Shown one piece after another: positions 24,301 to 36,458 of a stretch of DNA of 44,482 nucleotides (position 1 is its first letter; the number at the start of each line of letters is the position of its first letter). Under the pieces are notes generated by a model, which saw only the letters and a program-made list of their open reading frames with translations, ran no database searches and was not told where the DNA came from. The stretch is from Octopus bimaculoides (taxonomy: Eukaryota): assembly GCF_001194135.2 (NCBI RefSeq), contig NC_068998.1:10342731-10387212 (forward strand), written 5' to 3'. A program made the position numbers and the translations under genes.

Positions 24301-25212
24301 AAATATCTGTTGCAACACAGATTTCACTTCAGGAATCTTGCAAAACAAATTCATAAACGTAACTAAGGGAGATAATTCTTTAAATAGCGTGATCCTGCAT
24401 ACACTGTAACTGAGGTCAAAATGACAACGAGGGATGAAAGATTTTTGCTCGTAAGTCTGCTGGTTCAGGCTTGACATAATGCTTAAAAATAATTGGTATT
24501 AGTATAAGTCAAAGAGGGAGCCTCTACAAAGCATTACCCTTCTCTCTTTTGAGCCTTTGTTAACCGTATATTTCAAATAATATATTATGTGAACATTTTC
24601 AAGTGCCAATTGGGTTTTTTTCTTTGTATATACACAGACATGTACTTTTTCTGCAGGCTAAGAGTTACATTTTTTTTTTCATATGAAAACAGTTTTGCAA
24701 GATTTCTATGTAGACACTTTAAACTTTTTCTCCTTTCTCTCTCTCTCTTTATTGCTAAACTACTAATGCTTTGTGCAGAAAAAGATAAAACAAGAAAAGA
24801 TGGAAAAAAACTGTAATAAATTTCCACCTATAAGAAAACTTGGGCTTCATAAAATGTTTAGTTAATACACCTTAGTTTATGTTATGCTGATGATTTCTAT
24901 AAAGAATGAAATAGTGCTTTAGATGATTACCACAGACTAAAAATGTTAAGAACTTCATAATAAATAAGCAAAAAGAAAAAAAAATATTAAATATATGTAT
25001 TCAATGCTATACTTCTCTTTCCTAAATTTCAAATTCTAACTTCTATTACTGCTAAATATTATGAAGAAATGATTATCTCCCTTATATTAATTGTCCACTA
25101 AGGGATGCCATACACCTTATATTACTATTAGACAAATATGTATTTATTTTAGCAACATCAAATTTGTTTCAGTGCATCATTGTACTATGGTGTGTATGCG
25201 TGTGTCTGTGTG

Positions 25213-25259
<47 letters not shown>

Positions 25260-25292
25260 CGTTAAACGACGACGATGATGATGATATATATA

Positions 25293-25443
25293 CAGGGTTG
25301 GCCAAAAGTCAGCTGACAGTAAATCAATACCATTTATTTTCAAGATTTATTTGATTAACAACTGAATGAATTTGATAAAAGCATCTAAATATGAAACATC
25401 ATAAAAATTGTTCAAACTGAAGTGCTTCTTGAGTGACATATTT
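25293..25443. mobile_element. Tc1/mariner-like element end running into an assembly gap
   Basis: TA followed by CAGGGTTGGCCAAAAGTC, a typical Tc1/mariner terminus. The other end is not visible. Confidence 0.5.
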
Positions 25444-26168
25444 NNNNNNNNNNNNNNNNNNNNNNNNNNNNNNNNNNNNNNNNNNNNNNNNNNNNNNNNN
25501 NNNNNNNNNNNNNNNNNNNNNNNNNNNNNNNNNNNNNNNNNNNNNNNNNNNNNNNNNNNNNNNNNNNNNNNNNNNNNNNNNNNNNNNNNNNNNNNNNNNN
25601 NNNNNNNNNNNNNNNNNNNNNNNNNNNNNNNNNNNNNNNNNNNNNNNNNNNNNNNNNNNNNNNNNNNNNNNNNNNNNNNNNNNNNNNNNNNNNNNNNNNN
25701 NNNNNNNNNNNNNNNNNNNNNNNNNNNNNNNNNNNNNNNNNNNNNNNNNNNNNNNNNNNNNNNNNNNNNNNNNNNNNNNNNNNNNNNNNNNNNNNNNNNN
25801 NNNNNNNNNNNNNNNNNNNNNNNNNNNNNNNNNNNNNNNNNNNNNNNNNNNNNNNNNNNNNNNNNNNNNNNNNNNNNNNNNNNNNNNNNNNNNNNNNNNN
25901 NNNNNNNNNNNNNNNNNNNNNNNNNNNNNNNNNNNNNNNNNNNNNNNNNNNNNNNNNNNNNNNNNNNNNNNNNNNNNNNNNNNNNNNNNNNNNNNNNNNN
26001 NNNNNNNNNNNNNNNNNNNNNNNNNNNNNNNNNNNNNNNNNNNNNNNNNNNNNNNNNNNNNNNNNNNNNNNNNNNNNNNNNNNNNNNNNNNNNNNNNNNN
26101 NNNNNNNNNNNNNNNNNNNNNNNNNNNNNNNNNNNNNNNNNNNNNNNNNNNNNNNNNNNNNNNNNNNN

Positions 26169-26315
26169 GGAAGGGCATCCAGCTGTAGAAAGTCTGCCAA
26201 ATTAGATTGGAGCCTGGTGTTGCCATCCGGTTTCACCAGTCCTCAGTCAAATCGTCCAACCCATGCTAGCATGGAAAGCGGACATTAAACGATGATGATG
26301 ATGATGATGATGATA
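26169..26315 (+). mobile_element. Same (GAT)n-tailed repeat, 3' end
   Basis: ggaagggcatccagctgtagaa..cccatgctagcatggaaagcggacattaaacgatgatgatg. Confidence 0.8.
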
Positions 26316-26406
26316 TATACTGTATGATGTAAATTAACGAATAAACTGTGGAATGTCTTATGTCAATTCTTTCATTTCTCTTTCTCTCTCCGTGCTTCTT
26401 TTTCAG

Positions 26407-26580
26407 TTGAACAAGTTACTTGTATGTACCCTTATACAGCTCAGAATTCCGATGAGCTGACATTCCAGAAAGATGATGTGATCAATGTTATCAACAAAGA
26501 TGACCCCGATTGGTGGAAAGGCGACCTAAATGGAATGATTGGTGTATTTCCATCCAACTACGTCGCTGTCGCTAACTCTT
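26407..26580 (+). CDS. ITSN: Intersectin SH3E exon ([58 protein letters not shown])
   Basis: Acceptor cttcttttttcag|, donor CTT|gtaagt. Matches ITSN1 SH3E (MYDYTAQNDDELAF..INVLNKEDPDWWKGEVNG.VGLFPSNYV). 174 nt, phase 1-1. Confidence 0.96.
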
Positions 26581-26960
26581 GTAAGTGAAACCTTTCTTCT
26601 TCCTCTTTTGGTGTCTGGTGCTTGGGTACCATTTCTAATATGACCCCTTAGTTATTTGTGCTACACACTCCACCTAAGCTTTGATAGAATTATTTTGTAG
26701 CTCCCGTAAAACTTCTAACACTCTTCTTTGTGGTCTGCCTCTCAGACAACCAAAAGGACCCTTTTTGTCCTTATACAAAATAACAAAAAAACATTATGTA
26801 AAAAAGGAGCTTCTATTTTCATTCATTAATTATAATAGCCTTTATGAGTGGTAGACCTAATATGCTACCTTGTTTAACATCATCAGTACCTGATCCTTGG
26901 GAAGTATTCAAACCAGACCCACTTTTTTCAGTCCCTGCTCTGCCTATATATTTCTTTCAG

Positions 26961-26989
26961 ATGTTCACGATGGGCGTCAGCTGCATTAA
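26961..26989 (+). CDS. ITSN: Probable terminal coding exon of short intersectin isoform (YVHDGRQLH*)
   Basis: Acceptor tatatttctttcag|. T(26580)+AT gives Tyr, then 8 codons and TAA at 26987-26989. UTR-like AT-rich sequence follows. Confidence 0.6.
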
Positions 26990-27193
26990 TCTCATTAATT
27001 AGAGATGGTCTGCAAAGGACAAGAACACTGCCCTATCCCTTCTCCCTCTCCCTCTCTCCGAAATTGTAACACAAAGATATTGTTTACTCAGTTTAGATGA
27101 ATTAATGTCATTGATGATGTATGCTACTATGTGATTGCAACGATACATAGTGTTTGCAATATAGAGAATTTTGTTGCAATATCCATATACATA

Positions 27194-27234
<41 letters not shown>

Positions 27235-27713
27235 NNNNNNNNNNNNNNNNNNNNNNNNNNNNNNNNNNNNNNNNNNNNNNNNNNNNNNNNNNNNNNNNNN
27301 NNNNNNNNNNNNNNNNNNNNNNNNNNNNNNNNNNNNNNNNNNNNNNNNNNNNNNNNNNNNNNNNNNNNNNNNNNNNNNNNNNNNNNNNNNNNNNNNNNNN
27401 NNNNNNNNNNNNNNNNNNNNNNNNNNNNNNNNNNNNNNNNNNNNNNNNNNNNNNNNNNNNNNNNNNNNNNNNNNNNNNNNNNNNNNNNNNNNNNNNNNNN
27501 NNNNNNNNNNNNNNNNNNNNNNNNNNNNNNNNNNNNNNNNNNNNNNNNNNNNNNNNNNNNNNNNNNNNNNNNNNNNNNNNNNNNNNNNNNNNNNNNNNNN
27601 NNNNNNNNNNNNNNNNNNNNNNNNNNNNNNNNNNNNNNNNNNNNNNNNNNNNNNNNNNNNNNNNNNNNNNNNNNNNNNNNNNNNNNNNNNNNNNNNNNNN
27701 NNNNNNNNNNNNN

Positions 27714-27750
<37 letters not shown>

Positions 27751-28250
27751 AGTTATCTCCCTTGTCGAACATTAACATCACATGACAGGAAATTTGGGAG
27801 GATATAAATGGCTGTCTCCTGAAATGCATGGGATGTGTCTCTGCCATGATGTTGCCACTGAGATTATCTGACAAGTAACCTAATCCACAACAAGGCTTTT
27901 AATTTCATTTTCTTGACCTTGGTCTTGAACCATTTTCTTTCATTTACATTGCTACTGGTCTTATAGATATCACTCATTCCCATTTGCTCTTTCTGCTGCT
28001 CCGTCTCCTCTACATAGAACAATTTGAAGCAAAGATCTTTTCCCTCATAATAATCTAGATTTAAGCTTCAACTTTTGCTAATTGGTGTTTTTCTAAGCCA
28101 GTTTCTTGAGAAATATTTCAAATGGTACTCAGACAACTAGCTTGGTGAATTTTGCTCTCTATTTTTATTACTTTTATAACTATTGTAATATTTTATTATT
28201 TTCTATTACCCTCCCTTTTTTCTTTTCATTGCTTTGAAATATTTTTTTAA

Positions 28251-28256
28251 AATAAA
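28251..28256 (+). promoter_or_regulatory. Candidate polyadenylation signal AATAAA for the short isoform
   Basis: First AATAAA I found in readable sequence downstream of the 26989 stop, followed by a GT/T-rich tract. AATAAA is common by chance in such AT-rich DNA, and a gap intervenes. Confidence 0.25.
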
Positions 28257-28899
28257 TTTTGTTGGTTTCTTTAATTTATTATTTCTTTTGAAAAATTATT
28301 TTTCTACTTCTGAGTAATATGTATACAAAAATAATTTTCTGTTAAGAAAAAAAAAAGTGAAACAATTTTGGCAAGACAATGTCAAATCTTTGAATTGTGT
28401 GGGTCTTCAATTTTCTAACCAATCCCAGGAATTAGTGGGTATCTTTATTGGGTTTGCACCACCAATCTGGAATATAAGAATAGCAAAAACTGTTGTTTAT
28501 TTAATCTGTTGTTGTTCATTATAACAAATAGTTTGACATTTAAAAAATTTTTATTTCAATGTATTTAGAACACAAATGCCAGTTTTTTTTATAGTTTAGT
28601 TGGTTCCAAATACAAATTCTGCCAAAATGACTGCCTTTGCCTTTCATTCTGTCTAGACTATAATAATAATAATAATTTCAAATTTTGGCACAAGGTCATC
28701 AGTTTTAGGGGAGGAGGTAAGTTGGTCAATTCAGTACCAGTGCTCAACTGCTTTTTATGTACTTATTTTTTATCAATGTCCAAAAGGTTAGAAGGCAACA
28801 TTGCCCTTGGTGGAATTTGAACTCAGAATGCAATGAGCTGGAAGAAATGCTACTAAGCATTTTCTCCAATTCACTAACAATTCTAACTGCTTGCATTAC

Positions 28900-28963
<64 letters not shown>
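28900..28963. repeat. (TAT)n microsatellite
   Basis: Direct reading, adjacent to a gap. Confidence 0.95.
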
Positions 28964-30981
28964 GCAAGCTAAAGNNNNNNNNNNNNNNNNNNNNNNNNNN
29001 NNNNNNNNNNNNNNNNNNNNNNNNNNNNNNNNNNNNNNNNNNNNNNNNNNNNNNNNNNNNNNNNNNNNNNNNNNNNNNNNNNNNNNNNNNNNNNNNNNNN
29101 NNNNNNNNNNNNNNNNNNNNNNNNNNNNNNNNNNNNNNNNNNNNNNNNNNNNNNNNNNNNNNNNNNNNNNNNNNNNNNNNNNNNNNNNNNNNNNNNNNNN
29201 NNNNNNNNNNNNNNNNNNNNNNNNNNNNNNNNNNNNNNNNNNNNNNNNNNNNNNNNNNNNNNNNNNNNNNNNNNNNNNNNNNNNNNNNNNNNNNNNNNNN
29301 NNNNNNNNNNNNNNNNNNNNNNNNNNNNNNNNNNNNNNNNNNNNNNNNNNNNNNNNNNNNNNNNNNNNNNNNNNNNNNNNNNNNNNNNNNNNNNNNNNNN
29401 NNNNNNNNNNNNNNNNNNNNNNNNNNNNNNNNNNNNNNNNNNNNNNNNNNNNNNNNNNNNNNNNNNNNNNNNNNNNNNNNNNNNNNNNNNNNNNNNNNNN
29501 NNNNNNNNNNNNNNNNNNNNNNNNNNNNNNNNNNNNNNNNNNNNNNNNNNNNNNNNNNNNNNNNNNNNNNNNNNNNNNNNNNNNNNNNNNNNNNNNNNNN
29601 NNNNNNNNNNNNNNNNNNNNNNNNNNNNNNNNNNNNNNNNNNNNNNNNNNNNNNNNNNNNNNNNNNNNNNNNNNNNNNNNNNNNNNNNNNNNNNNNNNNN
29701 NNNNNNNNNNNNNNNNNNNNNNNNNNNNNNNNNNNNNNNNNNNNNNNNNNNNNNNNNNNNNNNNNNNAAAGGAATTATGGCAATGCCCCAGTATGCCCTC
29801 AACCAGATTTCTGAAACCAGTTGAGGGACAAAAACTAGTAAAACCTGTTTTGGCTCCATATTCAGTTTAATTCAGCAGAGGGTTGATGTTTAGCCCTGGG
29901 TCAACCTTGATTGAGCAGACCTATGATCAAAGGCTATGACCATCATGTTTACAAATTAGACTTAATGCATCTGTAACTACATCATTGATTGTGTCCTTCT
30001 CTAAGACATTTGGAATGAGTGTGGTATGATTTGAGGGAGATTTGACTGTTATTTTGAGCTTTCTTTCTTTTGGCTTGAGTGTTATTCATTTTTTTTTTTT
30101 TGTTTCCATTGGTCATCAAGAAAGGCATGGATGTCATAAACAGTAATATGCCTCTATCTGTAGATGGGAGTCTCTGCCCCCATGCTTAAATAAGTAATCA
30201 AACCTATGAAATCCAGTAAAGGTACAGTCATATAAGCATTTGATCTGATTAGAAATAGTAGTTGAATCTTACTTCGAATTACATAGACTCCCCATTGTGA
30301 AAAGACATAGATACAGTGGATATAATGTAGTCCTTGATCTGTGATGCCTGAGAGAAGGACAGGATGGTCACTGCTAGAATGTAGTCAGATATAGGCCTGG
30401 TATCAATCAGGGTTGACTGTTGACCTGGTGCTAAATAACAACAAGGGGTTATGAATACACCTTTTTTTTTTTTTTCCTTTTTGGTACTTGAGAGGTAAAC
30501 TAAATTAAAAAGCAAAACTGTTTTAAGCGTGTCCCAGTTCAGATACACCTGTAAATGTAATTAGCCTGGTACATATTTAAAAGAAATAAAATATAGAAAA
30601 CAACAACAATAACAAAAATGAGAGTGAGTGAGAGAGAGAGAGAGAGAGAGAGAAATCAAAACAAAAGAAAAACATTGGTGATGAAAAATACAAAGGAAAG
30701 ACAAAGATTTATAAATAGAATTGTAAAAGTTTTATTTGATCAATCTACACTTATTTTTATTAATTTTTTTTTTTATTATTTAATTATGTTTTATCATTGA
30801 TCTGTTTTATTTATCTATTTGTTCTGGTGTTTGATTCCCTGCTCCCAATCCAAATATATTAAGCCATACCTTTGGATCCTACTCGTTTGTTAACGAACAT
30901 ACCTTCATGTGTATGTCATCTTTGTGGGTGTATCTCTGTTTGTGTAAATATATATATATATGTGTGTGTGTATGTATATGT

Positions 30982-31012
<31 letters not shown>

Positions 31013-31821
31013 TTCTAAGGAATTCGAAAGATGAAATTGCAAAAAATAGTAGTTGTTAGTTTGTTCTCTTTGTGCGTGTGTGCATGTATAAGGCAATCGA
31101 CTGGAAGAATTCATGTTCAGAATGGGAAATTGTGTAGATAGTTCTTTACAATATATTTTTGTTTCTTCTCTGATACTCAAAGTTTCCTGTTGGCAGAGAT
31201 CTGNNNNNNNNNNNNNNNNNNNNNNNNNNNNNNNNNNNNNNNNNNNNNNNNNNNNNNNNNNNNNNNNNNNNNNNNNNNNNNNNNNNNNNNNNNNNNNNNN
31301 NNNNNNNNNNNNNNNNNNNNNNNNNNNNNNNNNNNNNNNNNNNNNNNNNNNNNNNNNNNNNNNNNNNNNNNNNNNNNNNNNNNNNNNNNNNNNNNNNNNN
31401 NNNNNNNNNNNNNNNNNNNNNNNNNNNNNNNNNNNNNNNNNNNNNNNNNNNNNNNNNNNNNNNNNNNNNNNNNNNNNNNNNNNNNNNNNNNNNNNNNNNN
31501 NNNNNNNNNNNNNNNNNNNNNNNNNNNNNNNNNNNNNNNNNNNNNNNNNNNNNNNNNNNNNNNNNNNNNNNNNNNNNNNNNNNNNNNNNNNNNNNNNNNN
31601 NNNNNNNNNNNNNNNNNNNNNNNNNNNNNNNNNNNNNNNNNNNNNNNNNNNNNNNNNNNNNNNNNNNNNNNNNNNNNNNNNNNNNNNNNNNNNNNNNNNN
31701 NNNNNNNNNNNNNNNNNNNNNNNNNNNNNNNNNNNNNNNNNNNNNNNNNNNNNNNNNNNNNNNNNNNNTATATATATATATATATATATATAGTGTGTAT
31801 TCACAATGATAGAGACAAAGG

Positions 31822-31861
<40 letters not shown>

Positions 31862-31899
31862 TTTGCACATACATACACATACTAATATATGGCAACAAC

Positions 31900-32330
31900 A
31901 ATACACCAATACTGATAATTCTGATTGAAGCACCAAACATTTCTGAATTTGTTCCTACACTGTGACTCCTCATTTCTTTGTCCTTGGGGTTATCCCTCCA
32001 ACAGATTTCATTATATAGTGTCCTAGCTATATCATGTCTCATTGATAGACAATACTGTGATGACATTTTCGGACAACTGCTTATGATGTGGGTGATATCC
32101 TGGGTGTTAACTCCACAAAGTTTGTATCAGTTGTCACATTTTACTGCTTTTCTTGCATCTCTGTCCCATTTGTGCACCAAGTATTTGGTTGATATTTCCT
32201 GTTCCTGGATTGCAAATGCATCCCGTTCAAAGTGGGAGGTAGTAATCCAGCTATTGGTCCATGAGAGACTGCTTTGATGATCAATGTTACTATCGTCTAC
32301 TACCATATCCATACAGAGTCTTCTGCTTCT
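31900..32330 (-). mobile_element. Decayed RLE-type (R4/Dong-like) non-LTR fragment, post-RT zinc knuckle region
   Basis: Minus frame: FAIQEQEISTKYL..CDN*YKLCGVNTQDITHIISSCPKMSSQYCLSMRHDIARTLYNEIC. This is the AIQ.Q motif, a damaged CCHC knuckle and the RHD motif. Confidence 0.8.
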
Positions 32331-33296
32331 GTAACTTTACATTTTTCTAGATTGAGTATTGGTCCTAAGCAACCAATTTCTTTACTTCTGGGAAGAAGAG
32401 GTTGATATTTGGTCTTTTCTTTTTCTTCTGGGAAGAAGAGGTTGATATTCGTCTGATCTTTGTCCTTACAAGGAAATGTAATTTTTTTTTTTTGTTTTGC
32501 ATATTTTACAATATTTCATAATTAAACTTTAATATTTAGCACTCATGTTATTTGAATATCCTCGAAACTATGTGAAAGATACAGAATAAAATATTTTCTC
32601 AAATAATGAAGATGTACCACCGATGGTGCATATGGCACTTGTGTGAAGTTTGCAATGAACCACCGGCAGTGCATGTGGTGGTTAACATGTTAATTAACTC
32701 AAGCAAGACGTTGTTGTTGAATGCTTGTTATTAACTGAAATAACAGTGAAGATGATGTTTATTTTTTGTTTTTTCGATACCAAAACTAATAACTCCTTGT
32801 CTTGTAACCCCTCATCTCCGTGAACCTCGATCACTGATGAGTCTAACCATACTAATTATTTTGTCTGTTTTTTTTTTTTCTAATTGATCTCGTTAATTAG
32901 CAAGACTTTGTTCTAAATTAAAACTTGTGACTAAAACAAAACTATTAATGAAAATCACACAGTAACGTATGTGAATTCTGTCATTGAATAATGACTATAC
33001 AAACGTGTGTGTGTGTGTATTTGCGTTTGGGTATATGTATGTATACACACACAAACATGTGCTTGTGGATATGAATGTGTGTGTGTGTATTTATAGTTAT
33101 TTACAATTGTGTGTGTGTGTGTATATGTACATTTATTTTATATTGCAGTTTATAAAACCTAGTGTCTTTGTGTCCAAGGGGCCAATCATTGTGATAAGGG
33201 AGTATCTGTACCATCTGTTGAACAAATGTTAACAGGGTTGTTTGTTAGCAGCGCAGCACTTTTATTGGTTCCTTTCTTGATGTTACATTCACACAC

Positions 33297-33337
<41 letters not shown>

Positions 33338-33417
33338 TATGTTTTTTTCTTAAGCTTTGTTCTTATCAACATCAATTGTATGCTGTTTACGCTATAAAAA
33401 TATGAAATAAATCCTTT

Positions 33418-33645
33418 TTAAACCCATAGCATTCAGATTACTTCATCAAATGCAATGCTTGTTCATTCACATTGTTTTGAATTAATCACACATTAGCTCA
33501 TAGCTTCAAAATTTTGATGATTTGATTGTTTATATTTAGTATGACATTGTAAGGTAGGTGTGAGAGGCTGGATTTGGCCAGTGTAAACATAAAACAGGTA
33601 AAATATTTCAGCTGGATATGGCCAATTTAAATCTTAAAAGATTAA
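33418..33645. mobile_element. TTAA-bounded MITE family 1, copy 3
   Basis: Same internal sequence (ttcacattgttttgaattaatc...gtaggtgtgagaggctggat...), with degenerate ends. Confidence 0.65.
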
Positions 33646-34529
33646 TGGTGAACAGAACTTGAAGTAGATAAACTGTGTGTGTGTATACATTTGTGTGTGT
33701 GCAGAGACACACACATATGGGTCAAAGAATGTATGTTGAAGAAAAATTGGCTGAAAACTATCTTGGTCAGAAAAAAAAAAAAAAGTGGCATGTTCATTGA
33801 TATTTTTGTTTCTTTCAAAGAAATAGGTTAAAAAAAAAAGACAATGATTTATTGATATTGGAATCAACTGTTACAATGATTTAAAGTATTAAAATTCCGA
33901 AATTGTTGGAGTGTAAATCAGAGTTGACAGATTACAAATTATGTACACAACTTGGCATCAAGCTTAGGAAGTAATTTGAGACAAGCGTATAGTATTAACA
34001 TTCAGTAGTATTCCTTACTGTTTCCAGATTGCATCTCCATGACAGAGAAATAGTTTGATGAAATTTTATTTAACAATAAGAACATTCTGTATTGTGACAA
34101 ATTGTTTCGTAACTTAAAAGCATGTAACTAATTTGTATTATTATATTTAGTTAATTAAATAAATTACTTATATGCCTGTATTAATGGAAAATGCAAAAAA
34201 GTCCTTCAGAATAATGCAGGATTTAAGCTACGTCCTCAAGTGAAAGAAAATCTTTGTTAAAAATTCTGCATCGTTTTGAAGGATTTTTTGCGCTTTGCAT
34301 TAACGCAGACATGTAAGTAATTCATTTATTATCAAATTTAATTATATAAATTATTTTAAGTTACAGAACATGATTTTGTATGTGTGTGTGTATATATGTG
34401 TATATATACACACATACATATAAAATCATGTTCTGTAACTTAAAATAATTATATATATATATGTATTTATATATGTGTATGTATGTATATGTATATGTGT
34501 GTGTATGTATATATACGTGTGTATGTATG

Positions 34530-34617
<88 letters not shown>

Positions 34618-35330
34618 ATGATATCATCTACCACACACTGAAGTAGCTGAGAGATGTAACTTATTGAAGAGAATATCTAGAAGTTATGGAAGTCATTCTC
34701 CAAGATTACCTATAAATGACTAGATTCATTAAGAAATGTTAAATCACTCCATTACATTCTTCATCAAAATATATCATTTTTAATAAGCTTGTCATATCAT
34801 TCTTTCATTCTACTTGGTACTGCTGTTGTGATGCAGTTTTTATTGTTGTTCTTGTGCTTAATTTGTTCTGTTTAATAATGGCAATTTTGGTTATTAAATA
34901 GCAATTATGGAAGCCGGTGTACTGTTTATGAAGTGAAGTTTTATTGAACTTAGCAGAATCGAGGGCTATTAAATAGATAAAGACGATTAAGCATTTCATG
35001 TATAATTACTAATTTGCTTGATTATTTATTTATTTATTTAATTATCAGTCTGAAGCGTTTAATGTGATTCTAAGTATTGTGATTTTTAAGAATTAATTTG
35101 CAAGACTTAAGGTTATCATTTTCAAAATTCTGCGACATGTTATAGCTTGAAATTTGTCTCTTTGAGAATTCATTTCTTCAGATTGAGAATTTACACTCTT
35201 CATAATTTTTGTTAGAATGTCATTATGCTTAATGGTTAATGAATGCTAGTTATCAAAAACCTGTCGACTGTGTTGCCTGTCTTGTTTTATGTAGTTCTGT
35301 AATTCATGTGGTTTTATATGCCATATGTAG

Positions 35331-35585
35331 AGGCATGTGGCTTAGTGGTCAGGGTGTTGAGCTCATAATTGTAAGATTGTGGTTTCAATTCCTGGACTGA
35401 GCGATGCAGTGTGTTCTTGGGCAAAACACTTCATTTAATGATGCTCTAGTTCACTCAGCTGGCAAAAATTATTAATCCTGCGACAGACTGGAGTCCCATC
35501 CAGGTATGGGAATTTATTCGCCATGGAAAGCAGGAAACCAGCCCTTGTGAGTCAATGAGACTCAAGAAGGTAACCTTTATGTTAC
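35331..35585 (+). mobile_element. tRNA-type SINE family C, copy 1
   Basis: ggcttagtggtcagggtgttg..ggtttcaattcctggac (A/B-box-like), then gtgttcttgggcaaaacacttc. Confidence 0.75.
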
Positions 35586-35605
35586 TTTTACTGTATGCCA
35601 TATGT

Positions 35606-35735
35606 GGAGGTACATTGCTTAGTGGCTAGGGTGTTGGACTCATGATCGTAAGATCATGGTTTCAATTCCTGGACCAGACAGTGTATTGTGTTCTTGTGCA
35701 AAATACTTATTTCATGTTGTTCCAGTTCACTCAAG
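35606..35735 (+). mobile_element. SINE family C, copy 2 (5' part)
   Basis: Collinear with 35331-35460. Confidence 0.72.
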
Positions 35736-35754
35736 TGTCAAATATATCACTTCT

Positions 35755-35939
35755 TTATTCACATTGTTTTGAATTAATCATGCATTATCTTGTAGCTTTG
35801 AAACTCCAGTGATCTGATTGTTTATGTTTAGAATGACATTGTATGGTAGGTGTGAGAGGTTGGATCTAACCAGTTTGCATGTAAAACTGGCTAGAATATT
35901 TTGGGCCAGATATGACCGGTTTAAATGCTAAAAGGTTAA
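35755..35939. mobile_element. TTAA-bounded MITE family 1, copy 4 (left end missing)
   Basis: Right end tttaaatgctaaaaggttaa is intact. The left end is replaced by an adjacent SINE. Confidence 0.65.
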
Positions 35940-36245
35940 AGTGGCGTTCGTGGTAATTCCATTGTGTTTTGTCTACTATTTAAAACTAAAATTAAAGTTC
36001 CCTTTCAATGGATGTGTCTTCATCCCCTCTCTCTTCAGCCCCTCTCTCTTCAGCCCCTCTCTCTTTATAGTTTTTCTTCTTTATACACACACATACATAT
36101 GCACACGCACCACAATATGTTTTTTTTTTTCTTAACTGGTTCTTCAATTCTGCTGGCTCTTATAAAAGTTTCAAGTTTCTGCATGGAGTAGATAAGAATT
36201 AGTATGTTTTTTTCTGGATTGGAGTGGTCCTTAATCCTTCTGATA

Positions 36246-36458
36246 TTAACCCTGAGACCAGCCCTGGTTCTAAGATAAAAACTTCCTGTTTTAAAGTGAT
36301 CTAGATTTAAAAACCTTTCATATAAATTTCATAATTTAAGTTTCAAACACTAGCTTAATAACGACAGTTATTTTTACTAAATTCTTCGTCATCATTTTCA
36401 AAATTAATTGAAAGAAGGGCAGTGTATTTCCATAGAGATATAGTAATGAAATGGTTAA
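36246..36458. mobile_element. TTAA-bounded MITE family 2, copy 1
   Basis: ttaaccctgagacc...aatgaaatggttaa, collinear with 40012-40232. Confidence 0.55.

Noticed and set aside
27749-27807. AG|GG site giving T|GG-WSYLPCRTLTSHDRKFGRI*, superficially like the long-form start WCSDL..LTPTERKRQGYI
   Set aside because: The acceptor is preceded by (TA)n rather than a polypyrimidine tract, and the frame stops after 19 codons with no donor. Probably chance.
34210-34318. Strong donor CAT|gtaagt with an upstream AG, considered as a DH exon
   Set aside because: All three frames contain stops. At most a non-coding exon or a chance site.
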